64,000 nucleotides of DNA from Alphaproteobacteria bacterium (GTDB taxonomy: Bacteria; Pseudomonadota; Alphaproteobacteria; UBA9219). Where the stretch lies: positions 4,278 to 68,277 of the forward strand of contig JANRKK010000021.1 in NCBI GenBank assembly GCA_033763555.1, written 5' to 3'. The notes under the pieces are model-generated. The model had not been told where the DNA came from. It saw only the letters and a program-made list of their open reading frames with translations, and made no database searches. The position numbers were made by a program, and so were the translations under genes. Positions 8,908 through 18,900 of this stretch are shown in pieces. Each line of letters begins with the position of its first letter. Position 1 is the stretch's first letter.

Positions 8908-10137
8908 ATGCCTGATTTTCTGACCCTTGATGATTTGTCGTTGCGCGGAAAAATTGTTTTGCTACGCGCGGATTTGAATGTGCCGATGAAAGACGGGCGC
9001 GTGACCGACACGGCGCGGCTGGAGCGTTTGCTGCCGACCTTGAAAGACCTCGCCAAGGTGAATGCAAAAATTGTCATCCTGTCGCATTTCGGACGGCCGG
9101 AAGGAAAACCCGATCCAAAATACACATTGCGCCCGGTGGCAAAGGAGCTGGAACGCATCTGGGAACAGTCCGTGTCTTTTGCCGAAGATTGCATTGGCCC
9201 CAAGGCTGAAGCCGCCATACAGGCGTTGGGCGCTGGGCAAATTCTTGTATTGGAAAACACGCGTTTCCATGCGGGCGAAGAAGCCAACGACCCCGCCTTC
9301 ACCAAGGCACTTGCGGCGCTCGGTGAAGCCTATGTGAATGACGCTTTCTCGGCAGCGCATCGCGCCCATGCCTCGACGGAAGGGCTGGCGCATCTTCTGC
9401 CTGCGGGCGCAGGCCGTCTGATGCAGGCGGAAGTGGATGCGTTGACTCGTGCACTGACCAAGCCGGAAAAACCTCTGGCGGCTTTGGTGGGTGGCTCAAA
9501 AATTTCGACGAAGCTGGAACTGCTGCATAACTTGACAGCCAAAGTGGATATTCTGGTGCTGGGCGGCGGCATGGCGAATACCTTCCTTGCCGCTAAGGGC
9601 GTCGCCATCGGCAAATCCATCAGCGAGCCGGATATGTATGACACGGCGCGCGCGATTATGGCGAAGACTGAAGAAAAAGGCTGTCATATCCTGCTGCCGA
9701 AAGATGCCGTTGTTGCGCCGGAACTGAAAGAAGGCGTGGCGGTCACAACAGTACCGATCCATGCCGTGCCTGCCGATCAGATGATTTTGGATATCGGCCC
9801 GGCAGCGGCGAAAGAGATCAAGGATAATCTCGATATGTGCAAGACAGTGGTCTGGAACGGGCCTTTGGGTGCATTTGAATTCCCACCTTTCGATCGCGCC
9901 ACCAACGAGGTTGCGATCTGCGTTGCCGATCTGACCAAGCGCGGAAAAATTCTGTCCGTGGCGGGCGGCGGCGATACCGTTGCCGCCATGACCAATGCGG
10001 GCGTTGTCCATGGCCTCAGTTACCTGTCAGCGGCGGGCGGTGCCTTCCTTGAATGGCTGGAAGGCAAGGAATTGCCGGGCGTCGTCGCGCTGCGTCAGGC
10101 CGTGCCGAAGGTGAAAACTGGAAAGGTGATTATGTAA
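8908..10137 (+). CDS. pgk: Phosphoglycerate kinase
   Basis: 409 aa; N-terminal LRADLNVP…ILSHFGRP and the rest of the ORF are typical of PGK. Confidence 0.9.
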   Translation: MPDFLTLDDLSLRGKIVLLRADLNVPMKDGRVTDTARLERLLPTLKDLAKVNAKIVILSHFGRPEGKPDPKYTLRPVAKELERIWEQSVSFAEDCIGPKAEAAIQALGAGQILVLENTRFHAGEEANDPAFTKALAALGEAYVNDAFSAAHRAHASTEGLAHLLPAGAGRLMQAEVDALTRALTKPEKPLAALVGGSKISTKLELLHNLTAKVDILVLGGGMANTFLAAKGVAIGKSISEPDMYDTARAIMAKTEEKGCHILLPKDAVVAPELKEGVAVTTVPIHAVPADQMILDIGPAAAKEIKDNLDMCKTVVWNGPLGAFEFPPFDRATNEVAICVADLTKRGKILSVAGGGDTVAAMTNAGVVHGLSYLSAAGGAFLEWLEGKELPGVVALRQAVPKVKTGKVIM

Positions 10138-10860
10138 TCAGTCGTTGAGCAATAACGCTGCTTCGATCTTCCGCTTCACCAATTCCGTTTTCATCCGCAG
10201 AATAATCACAAACGCCGCGTACAGCATGTAGGCCAGCGCCATCGTCAACAAAGGCCACAGCATGCTGGCGTCGATGGCAGGGCCTTTCATGCGTATCACG
10301 CTGGCGGGCTGGTGCAGCGTGTTCCACCAATCCACCGAAAAACGCACGATGGGAATATTGATGGCTCCGGCCAGCAAAAGGATGGCTCCAGCCTTGCCGC
10401 CGCGTTCATGATCGTCAAAGGATTGGCGTAAAACGATATAACCGCAATAGAGCAGGAATAAAATCAGCACGCTGGTCAGCCTTGCGTCCCATACCCACCA
10501 GGCGCCCCAAGTAGGTCGGCCCCAGATACTTCCGGTGATCAGGCATAGCGCGACGAGAACCACACCGACAGGCGCGGCGGCAACGCAAAAAATATCGGCT
10601 AGCGCATGCCGTGCCACAAGGCCGACAGCGGCCGCGACGGCCATGGCGACATACAGTATCATGCCTATCCAGGCGGCGGGCACATGCACATACATGATAC
10701 GCACCGTCTCGCCCTGCTGGTAATCCGGTGGTGAATGAAACAAAGCGAGATACAGCCCGGCGCCGAACGCAACGGCTGCACTGAAGCCGAGCAGGGGTAG
10801 AAGCTTTTCCGCAAGGCGCAGAAATTGTCCGGGATTGGCAAAGCGAGGCGTCAGGCGCAT
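10138..10860 (-). CDS. ccmC: Heme exporter protein CcmC
   Basis: Polytopic membrane protein with WGxxWxWD-type tryptophan-rich motif (WGRPTWGAWWVWDARL). Start taken at the internal Met (MRLTPRF) 4 bp after the ccmB stop. Confidence 0.8.
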   Translation of the reverse strand: MRLTPRFANPGQFLRLAEKLLPLLGFSAAVAFGAGLYLALFHSPPDYQQGETVRIMYVHVPAAWIGMILYVAMAVAAAVGLVARHALADIFCVAAAPVGVVLVALCLITGSIWGRPTWGAWWVWDARLTSVLILFLLYCGYIVLRQSFDDHERGGKAGAILLLAGAINIPIVRFSVDWWNTLHQPASVIRMKGPAIDASMLWPLLTMALAYMLYAAFVIILRMKTELVKRKIEAALLLND

Positions 10861-10864
10861 AGGT

Positions 10865-11530
10865 TTATCCTTGCCCGTTGCGCAGCGCGGCGGCAATCGC
10901 AAAAGGCGCGGTTGGCAGCAGCAGCGCGAGAATGGCGCCCAGCAACAACAGATGCGGTGCAGGCGATGTGCCCATGGCGGCGGCATCGCAGGCAGCAACG
11001 GCGAAGATCAGAACCGGAATGTAAAAAGGCGCAAGCAGCAGCGTTAGCAACGCCGGGTGGCGCCGCAGCGCGATAGTTACCGCGCTCATGATACCGCCGA
11101 GCAGCACAAGCGCTGGAACACCCAGCAGCAGGCTAAGCGCCAGAACAGGCAGCACAGCCAGACTCATTCCCAGAAGCAGAAAGCCGGGCAGGGCAACAAC
11201 CGTCAGCGCAGCGATGATCATCAAAATTTGCGCAATCAGCCGAACAGAGACGATCAGCGTTAGAGGCAGCGGCGACAGAAAAAGAAGATCAAGCGTGCCG
11301 TCGCGCGCGTCCTGGAGAAATAGTTTTTCCAATGCCAGAAGGATCATGAGTAAGGCTGCAAGCCAAATTAGCCCCGCGCCAAGGCGGCGCAGCAATTCCG
11401 GCTCCGGTCCGATGGCAAAGGGCAGCAGCAGAATAACGATAAGGAAAAACAAAATCAGCGCAGCCCATTCCGTCAGCGCACGAGCTTGCAGCCGCATATC
11501 GTGACTCAGAAGGGCGATCAGGCGGCTCAT
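10865..11530 (-). CDS. ccmB: Heme exporter protein CcmB
   Basis: 221-aa hydrophobic 6-TM protein between ccmA and ccmC. Starts 4 bp before the ccmA stop. Confidence 0.8.
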   Translation of the reverse strand: MSRLIALLSHDMRLQARALTEWAALILFFLIVILLLPFAIGPEPELLRRLGAGLIWLAALLMILLALEKLFLQDARDGTLDLLFLSPLPLTLIVSVRLIAQILMIIAALTVVALPGFLLLGMSLAVLPVLALSLLLGVPALVLLGGIMSAVTIALRRHPALLTLLLAPFYIPVLIFAVAACDAAAMGTSPAPHLLLLGAILALLLPTAPFAIAAALRNGQG

Positions 11531-12129
11531 GTGGCTTTTCCCAGCGTAAGAAGCTGCGCATCCGGCAATTTCACATCCTGATGCGCGGCGATGATGGCGA
11601 TGCCACCTTTGGCGCGATGCTGCGCGATTAGCGATGATAAAAGTTCCTGCCCATCGCGGTCGAGCGCCGTTGCGGGTTCATCCAAAAGCCAGAGCGGCAT
11701 GTCGTGAATTAGCAGCCGCGTCAGCGCCAGCCGCCGTTTTTGCCCGGCGGAGAGGTAGCGCGTGGGTTTATCCGTTACATTTTGAAGGCCAAAATTTTCC
11801 GGCAATTTTTGTGATGAGGATGGCGCAAATACCGTGCGCCAATAATCCATCATCTCCGCTGCCGTCAGCTCCGGCTTTACGGCATCGAGATGGCCGAGAT
11901 AATGCAGGCGGGTTTTATGCAAGGCTGGGTCGATGGGTTGCCCAGCCCAGCGCATGACGCCGTCGGCAGGTGACAAAAGCCCAGCCAACACGCGCAGCAG
12001 GCTGGATTTGCCGCTGCCGTTCGGCCCCGTGACCAGCAACACATCGCCCGCGCTGAGGGTAAAGGATATATCGCGGAAAACAGGGCGCCGGCCGCGGCGT
12101 CCGGCAAGGGATTGAACTTCAAACAGCAT
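11527..12129 (-). CDS. ccmA: Cytochrome c biogenesis ABC exporter ATPase CcmA
   Basis: 200 aa. Walker A GPNGSGKSSLLR, ABC signature LSAGQKRRLAL, Walker B LWLLDEP. Confidence 0.85.
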   Translation of the reverse strand: MLFEVQSLAGRRGRRPVFRDISFTLSAGDVLLVTGPNGSGKSSLLRVLAGLLSPADGVMRWAGQPIDPALHKTRLHYLGHLDAVKPELTAAEMMDYWRTVFAPSSSQKLPENFGLQNVTDKPTRYLSAGQKRRLALTRLLIHDMPLWLLDEPATALDRDGQELLSSLIAQHRAKGGIAIIAAHQDVKLPDAQLLTLGKAT

Positions 12130-12183
12130 AGGCGGTTTCTAGAAGGCTTTGACGCGTCTGTGAAGATGGGGGATATAACCCCC

Positions 12184-12975
12184 ATGAGAATCGTGACCTG
12201 GAACATCAATTCGGTGCGTTTGCGGCAGGACCTCGTCATGCGGCTGATGGATGAGCATAAGCCGGATGTCATCTGCCTGCAGGAAACCAAGACGGTAAAT
12301 GATACGTTTCCCGGCGCGGCTTTTGCGGCCAAGGGTTACAAGCACCAGCATATTCTGGGCATGAAAAGTTATAACGGTGTCGCCATTCTGTCGCGCCTGC
12401 CTTTCGCCAAAACCGACAGCCGCAACTGGCAGGAGCGCGAAGATTGCCGCCATATTTTTGTCGAGATGGCGAGCGGCGTCGAGCTTCATTGCTGCTATGT
12501 CCCGGCGGGCGGTGATATTCCCGACCCCAAGGCCAATCCGAAATTTGCGCACAAGCTTGGCTTCCTCGATGAAAAAATCGCCTGGTGGAAAAGCCGCAAG
12601 GATAAGACGAAGCCGAAAATTCTTGTCGGCGATCTGAATGTCGCGCCGATGGAAAATGATGTCTGGTCGCACCGGCAAATGCTGGATGTCGTTTCGCATA
12701 CGCCCGTTGAGGTGGAAAAGCTCACGGCCTGGCAGACAGCGCATAAATGGGTCGATGCCGTGCGGCATTTCGTGCCACCGGAAGAAAAGCTTTATTCCTG
12801 GTGGAGCTACCGCGCGCATGACTGGGAAGCGTCCGACCGCGGCCGCCGCCTCGACCATATCTGGGTGACGCCCGACCTTGCGCCGTCGCTCAAAAAAGCG
12901 CAGATTTTAAAAGAAGCGCGTGGCTGGGAACCGAAGCCCAGCGACCATGTTCCGGTGATGGTGGATATAAAATAA
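12184..12975 (+). CDS. xthA: Exodeoxyribonuclease III
   Basis: N-terminus MRIVTWNINSVRLR… and C-terminal SDHVPV motif of the EEP nuclease family. Start chosen at the internal ATG matching the family N-terminus. Confidence 0.85.
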   Translation: MRIVTWNINSVRLRQDLVMRLMDEHKPDVICLQETKTVNDTFPGAAFAAKGYKHQHILGMKSYNGVAILSRLPFAKTDSRNWQEREDCRHIFVEMASGVELHCCYVPAGGDIPDPKANPKFAHKLGFLDEKIAWWKSRKDKTKPKILVGDLNVAPMENDVWSHRQMLDVVSHTPVEVEKLTAWQTAHKWVDAVRHFVPPEEKLYSWWSYRAHDWEASDRGRRLDHIWVTPDLAPSLKKAQILKEARGWEPKPSDHVPVMVDIK

Positions 12976-12992
12976 ATTTTTAGGAGAGCATT

Positions 12993-13388
12993 ATGGGGAA
13001 CGTATTGCTGCAGGGAAAATTGATCGGTGGCCGCCAAAGCGCTTGCAAGGGACTTCAGCTCATCTTCTTGAAGGAGAACGCAGGCCCACTTGATGGCGGT
13101 ACCGTTTCTCTTATGGATGGGGATATTCTCACCGTCTTTTCTGATGCGGCGCGCCAGACCGTTTTATGGCAGGGAGCAGTCAAATTTGACCGGGAAAAAA
13201 ACCGGAAACCTTATCCGAAAAAATATGATTTTGATGCGGACTATGCCGCAAGGGGCGGGCAAAAAGTCGGCAGACACTGGATTGATAATGCACAGGGTTT
13301 GCAGGATGGATTGGAACCGGAACGGTGGATTAATATGTTTCTGGAAGGAAAGTCCGCCACACTGCAGGTTGATGAGTTGAGTTTATAA
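12993..13388 (+). CDS. Hypothetical protein
   Basis: 131-aa ORF with no recognisable motif. Confidence 0.3.
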   Translation: MGNVLLQGKLIGGRQSACKGLQLIFLKENAGPLDGGTVSLMDGDILTVFSDAARQTVLWQGAVKFDREKNRKPYPKKYDFDADYAARGGQKVGRHWIDNAQGLQDGLEPERWINMFLEGKSATLQVDELSL

Positions 13389-13389
13389 T

Positions 13390-14352
13390 TCAGGCTTTAT
13401 GGTAGGTCTGATACCACCCCACAAATTTTGGAATCCCCTCGCTGATCGAGGTTTTGGGCTGGAAGCCTAAATCCTTGCGGCTGGTGGCGATATCAGCGGA
13501 GGTTTCCGGCACATCGCCGGGCTGCAGCGGCTGGAAATCATATTCAGCCTTTTTGCCCAATGTCTTTTCCAGCGTGGCGATGAAATCCATCAGATTTTCA
13601 GCATGTGAATTGCCGAGATTGTAAAGCCTCGCCAGCGGCGCGCCATCCGGCGCGCGGTCAAGCGCGGCTAGCACGCCCACGACAATATCGTCGATATAGG
13701 TGAAATCGCGCCGCATTTTGCCGTGGTTGAAGACCTTGATCGGCTTGTCGGCCATGATCGCCTGCGTGAACAGATAGGCCGCCATATCGGGCCGCCCCCA
13801 CGGGCCATAGACGGTGAAGAACCGCAGACCGGTGCAGGGAATTTTGTAAAGATGCGCGTAAGTCCAGGCCATCAACTCATCCGCGCGCTTGGTTGCGGCG
13901 TAAAGCGAGATAGGCTTTTCGACCGCGTCTTCCACCGCGAAAGGCGTTTTGGTGTTGCCGCCATAGACGGAGGAGGAGCTGGCATAGACAAAATGCTTCG
14001 CACCGACAGCACGCGCCAGTTCCAGCATCACTGTCTGGCCCATGATGTTGGATTCGATATAGGCATAGGGGTTGATCAGCGAATAACGCACGCCCGCCTG
14101 CGCCGCGAGATGGATGATATGCGTGAAACCTGTTCTTGCCAGATGCAGTATGCCGTCTTTGTCGGCGATATTCAGTTTATGAAAAGAAAAATTCTTATGT
14201 TTGAGAAGTTGATCAAGCCGCGCCTGTTTCAGCCTCACATCGTAATAGTCGTTGAGATTATCAACGCCGATCACCTCATCCCCACGCGCCAGAAGGGCCT
14301 GCGCCGTGTGAAAACCGATAAATCCGGCTGCGCCTGTCAGAAGAAGCTTCAT
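13390..14352 (-). CDS. NAD-dependent epimerase (UDP-glucuronate 4-epimerase-like, SDR extended family)
   Basis: MKLLLTGAAGFIGFH Rossmann motif and catalytic YxxxK (YAATK). Start set at the Met preceding the GxxGxxG motif. Confidence 0.8.
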   Translation of the reverse strand: MKLLLTGAAGFIGFHTAQALLARGDEVIGVDNLNDYYDVRLKQARLDQLLKHKNFSFHKLNIADKDGILHLARTGFTHIIHLAAQAGVRYSLINPYAYIESNIMGQTVMLELARAVGAKHFVYASSSSVYGGNTKTPFAVEDAVEKPISLYAATKRADELMAWTYAHLYKIPCTGLRFFTVYGPWGRPDMAAYLFTQAIMADKPIKVFNHGKMRRDFTYIDDIVVGVLAALDRAPDGAPLARLYNLGNSHAENLMDFIATLEKTLGKKAEYDFQPLQPGDVPETSADIATSRKDLGFQPKTSISEGIPKFVGWYQTYHKA

Positions 14353-14469
14353 GGCCATAAAACCCAATGGATACAAACCCATAAGAGTAGAAACGCCTTG
14401 TGAGCGCAAGTTAATTTACCCCCGTTTAACCGTGATTTGTGATAAAATGAACAATAAGGAGCAGGCACT

Positions 14470-15117
14470 ATGGCGGACAAAAGCTCTTCAGGCGGTTCGG
14501 GCGGTGGCGCGTCCTCAGGCGGAACGTCGGGCGGTGCAGGGTCGGGCTCATCCTCCGGCAGCAATCCCTTCAGCGGTTTTACCCCGGGCTTCAAGAGCGG
14601 CACGACCTACAGCGCTGCGCCCGATGATTATACGCGGAAAGCCGCTGCAGCTTTATCGGAAACTCCTCCTTCAGAAACAGCTGGAACTTCTCCCGTGCCG
14701 GGAGCAGAGAAGACAGGCGAAAGCGCAAAAGAAAGCGTGAATGCTTTTTCCATAAAGGCTGGCACAAGCGAAACAGGGCAGTTTAAAAAAGGCTGGCAGG
14801 AACGGCTCGGCATCAAAAAAACCAATTCTGAAAATTACCAGAAACAATATCAGGCAAAATTAGATAAGAATGCTGCCGAAGCCGCCAAGAAAGCGGAACA
14901 GGACAAGGCGAACATCGCAAAAGTCGAGAAGGAAAAATTTCAAAAGCAGGCTTTTGAGGCACAGCAGAGAGCAAACGCTTTCCGCCTGAAGGCCGAGATC
15001 GCTGCATGGACAGTCGCCATGGCATCCCAGGATCCTGAAACTCAAAAGCGAACTCAGGGAACAATTCAGGCGCTGCAAGAGCAGCTGGGCGGCATACCGG
15101 AAGTGTACAGAAACTAA
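14470..15117 (+). CDS. Hypothetical protein: N-terminal Gly/Ser-rich low-complexity region, C-terminal Lys/Glu/Gln-rich predicted coiled coil
   Basis: Good RBS (AAGGAG). Residues 5-35 are almost entirely G/S. C-terminus KAEQDKANIAKVEKEKFQKQAFEAQQRANAFRLKAE. Confidence 0.45.
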   Translation: MADKSSSGGSGGGASSGGTSGGAGSGSSSGSNPFSGFTPGFKSGTTYSAAPDDYTRKAAAALSETPPSETAGTSPVPGAEKTGESAKESVNAFSIKAGTSETGQFKKGWQERLGIKKTNSENYQKQYQAKLDKNAAEAAKKAEQDKANIAKVEKEKFQKQAFEAQQRANAFRLKAEIAAWTVAMASQDPETQKRTQGTIQALQEQLGGIPEVYRN

Positions 15118-15231
15118 TCGGCACGCCAGAAAAACACTTCTACTGCGTGATTTCCATGGTTAAGAACTGCGGAATTGCCGAGTCTTTCCTTTTTGTCCTA
15201 TAGTGCCCCGCTTTTTTAAAGGGGACATTCT

Positions 15232-15831
15232 ATGATGAAACTTTCTGAACTTATAAGAGCGGCGGCAGATATTGTTGCGCGCGCGGAAAATAGATTCGCA
15301 GATAAAATGAACGAGGTGCGTCCTCCCATGATTATAAGCTCAGCGGTCTTTATACCGCATTATCCCGGAATATCTGGCCTGTATGTTGCCAAGAAGACTA
15401 TGTCGCCTCATGAAACTGGTTCCATAGAAAAAATCGAAACAATACGGTATGTCGCTGTGCGTATAAGAACGGACTCGCCTCATGCTTGTTATAATCTTGA
15501 AGTTCGTAAAGGATACCTTCCTGATTTTCTAGTATCGCACCCGATTAGTGAAAGGCCCTCTCGTATTGCAGTGTTGGATTTGAAGAGTGTCGTGCGCGGA
15601 CTTATTTATTTGGACAAGCACACAGAAAACCGCAGATGGGATGATGGGTCGTGGAGACGGTACCGCCCAAGTATCGTGTCTGTAGCGAATCTGAATGCCG
15701 TAGCGAGTCGATATGGAATAGGTCCTGAGTTGTCGGAAGACGCATACAAATATCTGGCGCCCTATGTGCCGCATTTGCCGCAGCCTACCCACCGCGTCCG
15801 CCAACGGTCATCTGCTCTAAACGCATCGTAG
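15232..15831 (+). CDS. Hypothetical protein (AT-rich)
   Basis: 199-aa ORF, AT-rich. Its 3' end overlaps the convergent tldD by ~47 bp, so the gene model is uncertain. Confidence 0.3.
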   Translation: MMKLSELIRAAADIVARAENRFADKMNEVRPPMIISSAVFIPHYPGISGLYVAKKTMSPHETGSIEKIETIRYVAVRIRTDSPHACYNLEVRKGYLPDFLVSHPISERPSRIAVLDLKSVVRGLIYLDKHTENRRWDDGSWRRYRPSIVSVANLNAVASRYGIGPELSEDAYKYLAPYVPHLPQPTHRVRQRSSALNAS

Positions 15832-17218
15832 GCTGGCCAACGCCAACGGGGACGCTCTGGCCGTTCTTGCCGCAGGTGCCGATGCCGCCATCCAGCATCG
15901 TGTTATTGCCGATCATGCTGATGCGCTTCAGCGCCTCAAACCCGGTGCCGACTAATGACGCGCCCTTAATGGGCCGTCCGATTTTGCCATTCGCGATTTC
16001 GTAAGCCTCACTGGCGCTGAAGACGAATTTGCCGGAGGTGATGTCCACCTGCCCGCCGCCGAAATCGGCGGCATAAATGCCTTTTTGTACCGAAGCGATA
16101 ATTTCTTCATGTGTCAGGTTCCCGGGCCGCATGATGGTATTGGTCATGCGCGGGTAGGGTTGATGCGCGAAGCCTTCGCGGCGGCCATTGCCCGTCGGCT
16201 TCATGCCCATCAGCCGCGCATTCATCCGATCCTGCATATAGCCGACCAGAACGCCGTCCTCGATCAACGTCGTGCATTGCGACGGCGTGCCTTCGTCGTC
16301 GATGGTCAGCGAGCCGCGCCGCTGGTCGATGGTGCCGTCATCGACAACCGTCACGCCCTTGGCCGCGATCTGTTGGCCCATCAGTCCGGCGAAGGCGGAT
16401 GTTTTTTTGCGGTTGAAATCGCCTTCGAGACCGTGGCCTATGGCTTCATGCAGCATCACGGCGGGCCAGCCGGGGCCTAGCACTACGGTCATCTCGCCTG
16501 CGGGGGATTCTATAGCGGAGAGATTGACCAGAGATTTGCGCAACGCCTCGTCGGCCAGTTTCTGCCATTCTTCCGGCGCGAACCAGCGCGCATATTCCAG
16601 CCGCCCGCCGCCGCCCATGCCGCCCGCTTCGATGCGATCACCATCGCGCGTGACAACGGATACATTCAGCCGGACGAGGGGGCGAATATCGGCGGCACGC
16701 CAGCCTCCGGCGCGCAGGATTTGCACGGCTTGCCAATTTGCGGCCAGCGAGACGCTGACCTGATGCACGCGCGGTTCTTTGGTGCGGATATAGGCGTCGA
16801 TCTCTTGCAGCAATTTGATTTTCTCTTCAAAGCTTTTGCCCAGTAGCGGGTTGGCATCAGCATAGAGATGGCGGTTGGTACCTTGCGGCGGTACATCCAT
16901 GGTGCCGCCATGGCCGCCTTTCACCGCCTGCACGGTTTCAGCCGCGCGCTTGATGGCTTTTTCGTCAAGATTGACAGCGTGGGCATAGCCTGTGGTTTCA
17001 CCCGCCACGGCGCGCAGACCGAAGCCCTGCGTTGTGTCGAAACTGGCGTTTTTCAGTTTTCCGTCATCCCAGACCAGGCTTTCCGACTGGTTGTATTCGA
17101 GGAACAGTTCACCATCATCCGCGCCCTTCAGCGCGTCATTGACCGTGCGCTCAACCGCTGCGCGATCCATACCCGTCTGGGCAAAGAATAATTCATCAGT
17201 CTGGGCGATTGCGGACAT
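15785..17218 (-). CDS. tldD: Metalloprotease TldD
   Basis: 477 aa with the TldD zinc motif HEAIGHGLEGDFNRK. Confidence 0.85.
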   Translation of the reverse strand: MSAIAQTDELFFAQTGMDRAAVERTVNDALKGADDGELFLEYNQSESLVWDDGKLKNASFDTTQGFGLRAVAGETTGYAHAVNLDEKAIKRAAETVQAVKGGHGGTMDVPPQGTNRHLYADANPLLGKSFEEKIKLLQEIDAYIRTKEPRVHQVSVSLAANWQAVQILRAGGWRAADIRPLVRLNVSVVTRDGDRIEAGGMGGGGRLEYARWFAPEEWQKLADEALRKSLVNLSAIESPAGEMTVVLGPGWPAVMLHEAIGHGLEGDFNRKKTSAFAGLMGQQIAAKGVTVVDDGTIDQRRGSLTIDDEGTPSQCTTLIEDGVLVGYMQDRMNARLMGMKPTGNGRREGFAHQPYPRMTNTIMRPGNLTHEEIIASVQKGIYAADFGGGQVDITSGKFVFSASEAYEIANGKIGRPIKGASLVGTGFEALKRISMIGNNTMLDGGIGTCGKNGQSVPVGVGQPTMRLEQMTVGGRGG

Positions 17219-17226
17219 GGGTTTTC

Positions 17227-17517
17227 TCAGTCAAGCGGGGCAACGCGAAAATTCTTCACTTCAATACTATGCCATACTTTTTCGGTGATGTAGGGATCTT
17301 CGGCAAGCGTGGCATAGAGGGCATCGCGATCCGGAAAATCGAGAATCATCGCCGAGCCGACCATTTTTTCCTGATCGTCAAGAATGGGCCCGCCGATCAG
17401 ATAGCGCCCTGCTTTTTTCAGCCGCGCCATATTAGCCAGATGCGCCGCGCGTACCTTGAGGCGCCGCATGGGCGCTTCGACATCGGTTCCGTCACTGGCG
17501 AGGACAAGGAATTGCAT
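17227..17517 (-). CDS. YciI-like protein
   Basis: 96 aa; sequence is typical of YciI family members (Dabb fold). Confidence 0.65.
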   Translation of the reverse strand: MQFLVLASDGTDVEAPMRRLKVRAAHLANMARLKKAGRYLIGGPILDDQEKMVGSAMILDFPDRDALYATLAEDPYITEKVWHSIEVKNFRVAPLD

Positions 17518-17520
17518 GAG

Positions 17521-17883
17521 CTAATCCAATACGCATTTCATTTCGGTAAAAGTCCAGTCAGCAGGCGTGTAGCGGCCTTCGTCTTGACACAAAGACTCTA
17601 CATCTCCTTGAAGTTTGGTCCCCTTCTTTGGGCATTCGCTTCTGTCGTCAAAGATTACTTTTGATTCTATGTCCTGACCTTCATACGAAAAAGCTATAAT
17701 TCCCTCGCATTGAGGCGTTGTAATGACCGTATTTTTCAAGGGGCTGTTGTTGTGAAGTTCTTTCTTAAATGTTGCCGTAACACACCGATAGGGAAAATGC
17801 CCAACACAGGATGCTGTTGCGGCATGGGAAAATAACAAACCGCCTATTACAAGCGCCATTGCCAAAACTATTCTTTTAATCAT
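17521..17883 (-). CDS. Small secreted Cys-containing hypothetical protein
   Basis: N-terminal signal peptide (MIKRIVLAMALVIGGLLFSHAATA), 8 Cys, AT-rich gene. Confidence 0.45.
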   Translation of the reverse strand: MIKRIVLAMALVIGGLLFSHAATASCVGHFPYRCVTATFKKELHNNSPLKNTVITTPQCEGIIAFSYEGQDIESKVIFDDRSECPKKGTKLQGDVESLCQDEGRYTPADWTFTEMKCVLD

Positions 17884-18094
17884 GCTGTTTTTCTCCTTTA
17901 AGCGAATCAGTATGAGGTCAACCTATCCGAAAAAATCGCACTGCAACAGCCAAAGCCATCTCTGTTTTTATTGAGTCTTTTGCGAGAGCGTTCTTAACCC
18001 TGTTCAATCTAAATTAACGATGGTTAACGTATAATAGTTCTCAGAAAGTTCCATGATAAGGCCAATTTTTGGCGGTTTCAGGGAACGGTATAAA

Positions 18095-18895
18095 ATGGAC
18101 AGGATTTTCAATATATGCCGTCTTTTACCCTATCCCTGTCGCTGGGCCGCACTCTTTTTAACTTTCATCTGTGCCGCGCTCGCGCCTTTTTCAACCGCAA
18201 GGGCGACTGAAGAGCGTGTGATTTTTATTCCCGTGCCGGGAACGGAAGACCGTTCCGCCACATCGCCGATCGATGTCATCGAGAAAAACCGCCGCCTGAA
18301 CCAGCTGCTGGATTATGTCCGCAAGGAAGGGCCAGGATGGGTGCCGGGATTATCCGGCGCGTTCCGTTCGCCTTTCCGTGCTGCCGGAGAATTCTTCGGA
18401 TTTGATTCCCTGAGTGAGGAAGATGGTTTTTTTGTTCCTCTCTTCCAGCCCGTATCTTCCTGGATGCAGTCGCCCTCCGTGGATGAAGCGCAGGCGGTCT
18501 GGCTGTCGCCGGAATACCGCCATAAAGGTTTTCTGCCTCTGCATGATTCCCTGATCGCAGGCGTCAATTTCCGCCACCGCGCCTGGAGTGAACGCGTGCA
18601 ATTCGATGTCCGGCCTTTCTATGGCCAGAACTGGCTGAGCACGAACGGCCATTGGGGGGTGGAGTTGGGCATCGGCTTGCGCCGCCTGGAGGCTTCAGAG
18701 CCCTGGGGCCGCGTGGTTGTGCGCTATAACGACGGCGACCCGGCGCTGATGGATAACGGCCGTGGCATCGACATGCATACGGAAATCAAATTCGACCCGA
18801 ACCTGACATTGCATGCAGGCGTACGGAACAATGAAACATCGGATTTGGGGAATTATGTTCTGCTGCGCTGGAAACTGACGGATTTCGGGCCGTAA
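18095..18895 (+). CDS. Hypothetical exported protein
   Basis: Signal-peptide-like N-terminus (…AALFLTFICAALAPFSTARA). Convergent with the Tad locus; no recognisable domain. Confidence 0.4.
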   Translation: MDRIFNICRLLPYPCRWAALFLTFICAALAPFSTARATEERVIFIPVPGTEDRSATSPIDVIEKNRRLNQLLDYVRKEGPGWVPGLSGAFRSPFRAAGEFFGFDSLSEEDGFFVPLFQPVSSWMQSPSVDEAQAVWLSPEYRHKGFLPLHDSLIAGVNFRHRAWSERVQFDVRPFYGQNWLSTNGHWGVELGIGLRRLEASEPWGRVVVRYNDGDPALMDNGRGIDMHTEIKFDPNLTLHAGVRNNETSDLGNYVLLRWKLTDFGP

Positions 18896-18900
18896 TCTGC

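Noticed and set aside
18014-18028. TTAACGATGGTTAAC upstream of the 18095 gene as a CtrA box
   Set aside because: The spacer is 6 nt, not the 7 nt required for the CtrA consensus.
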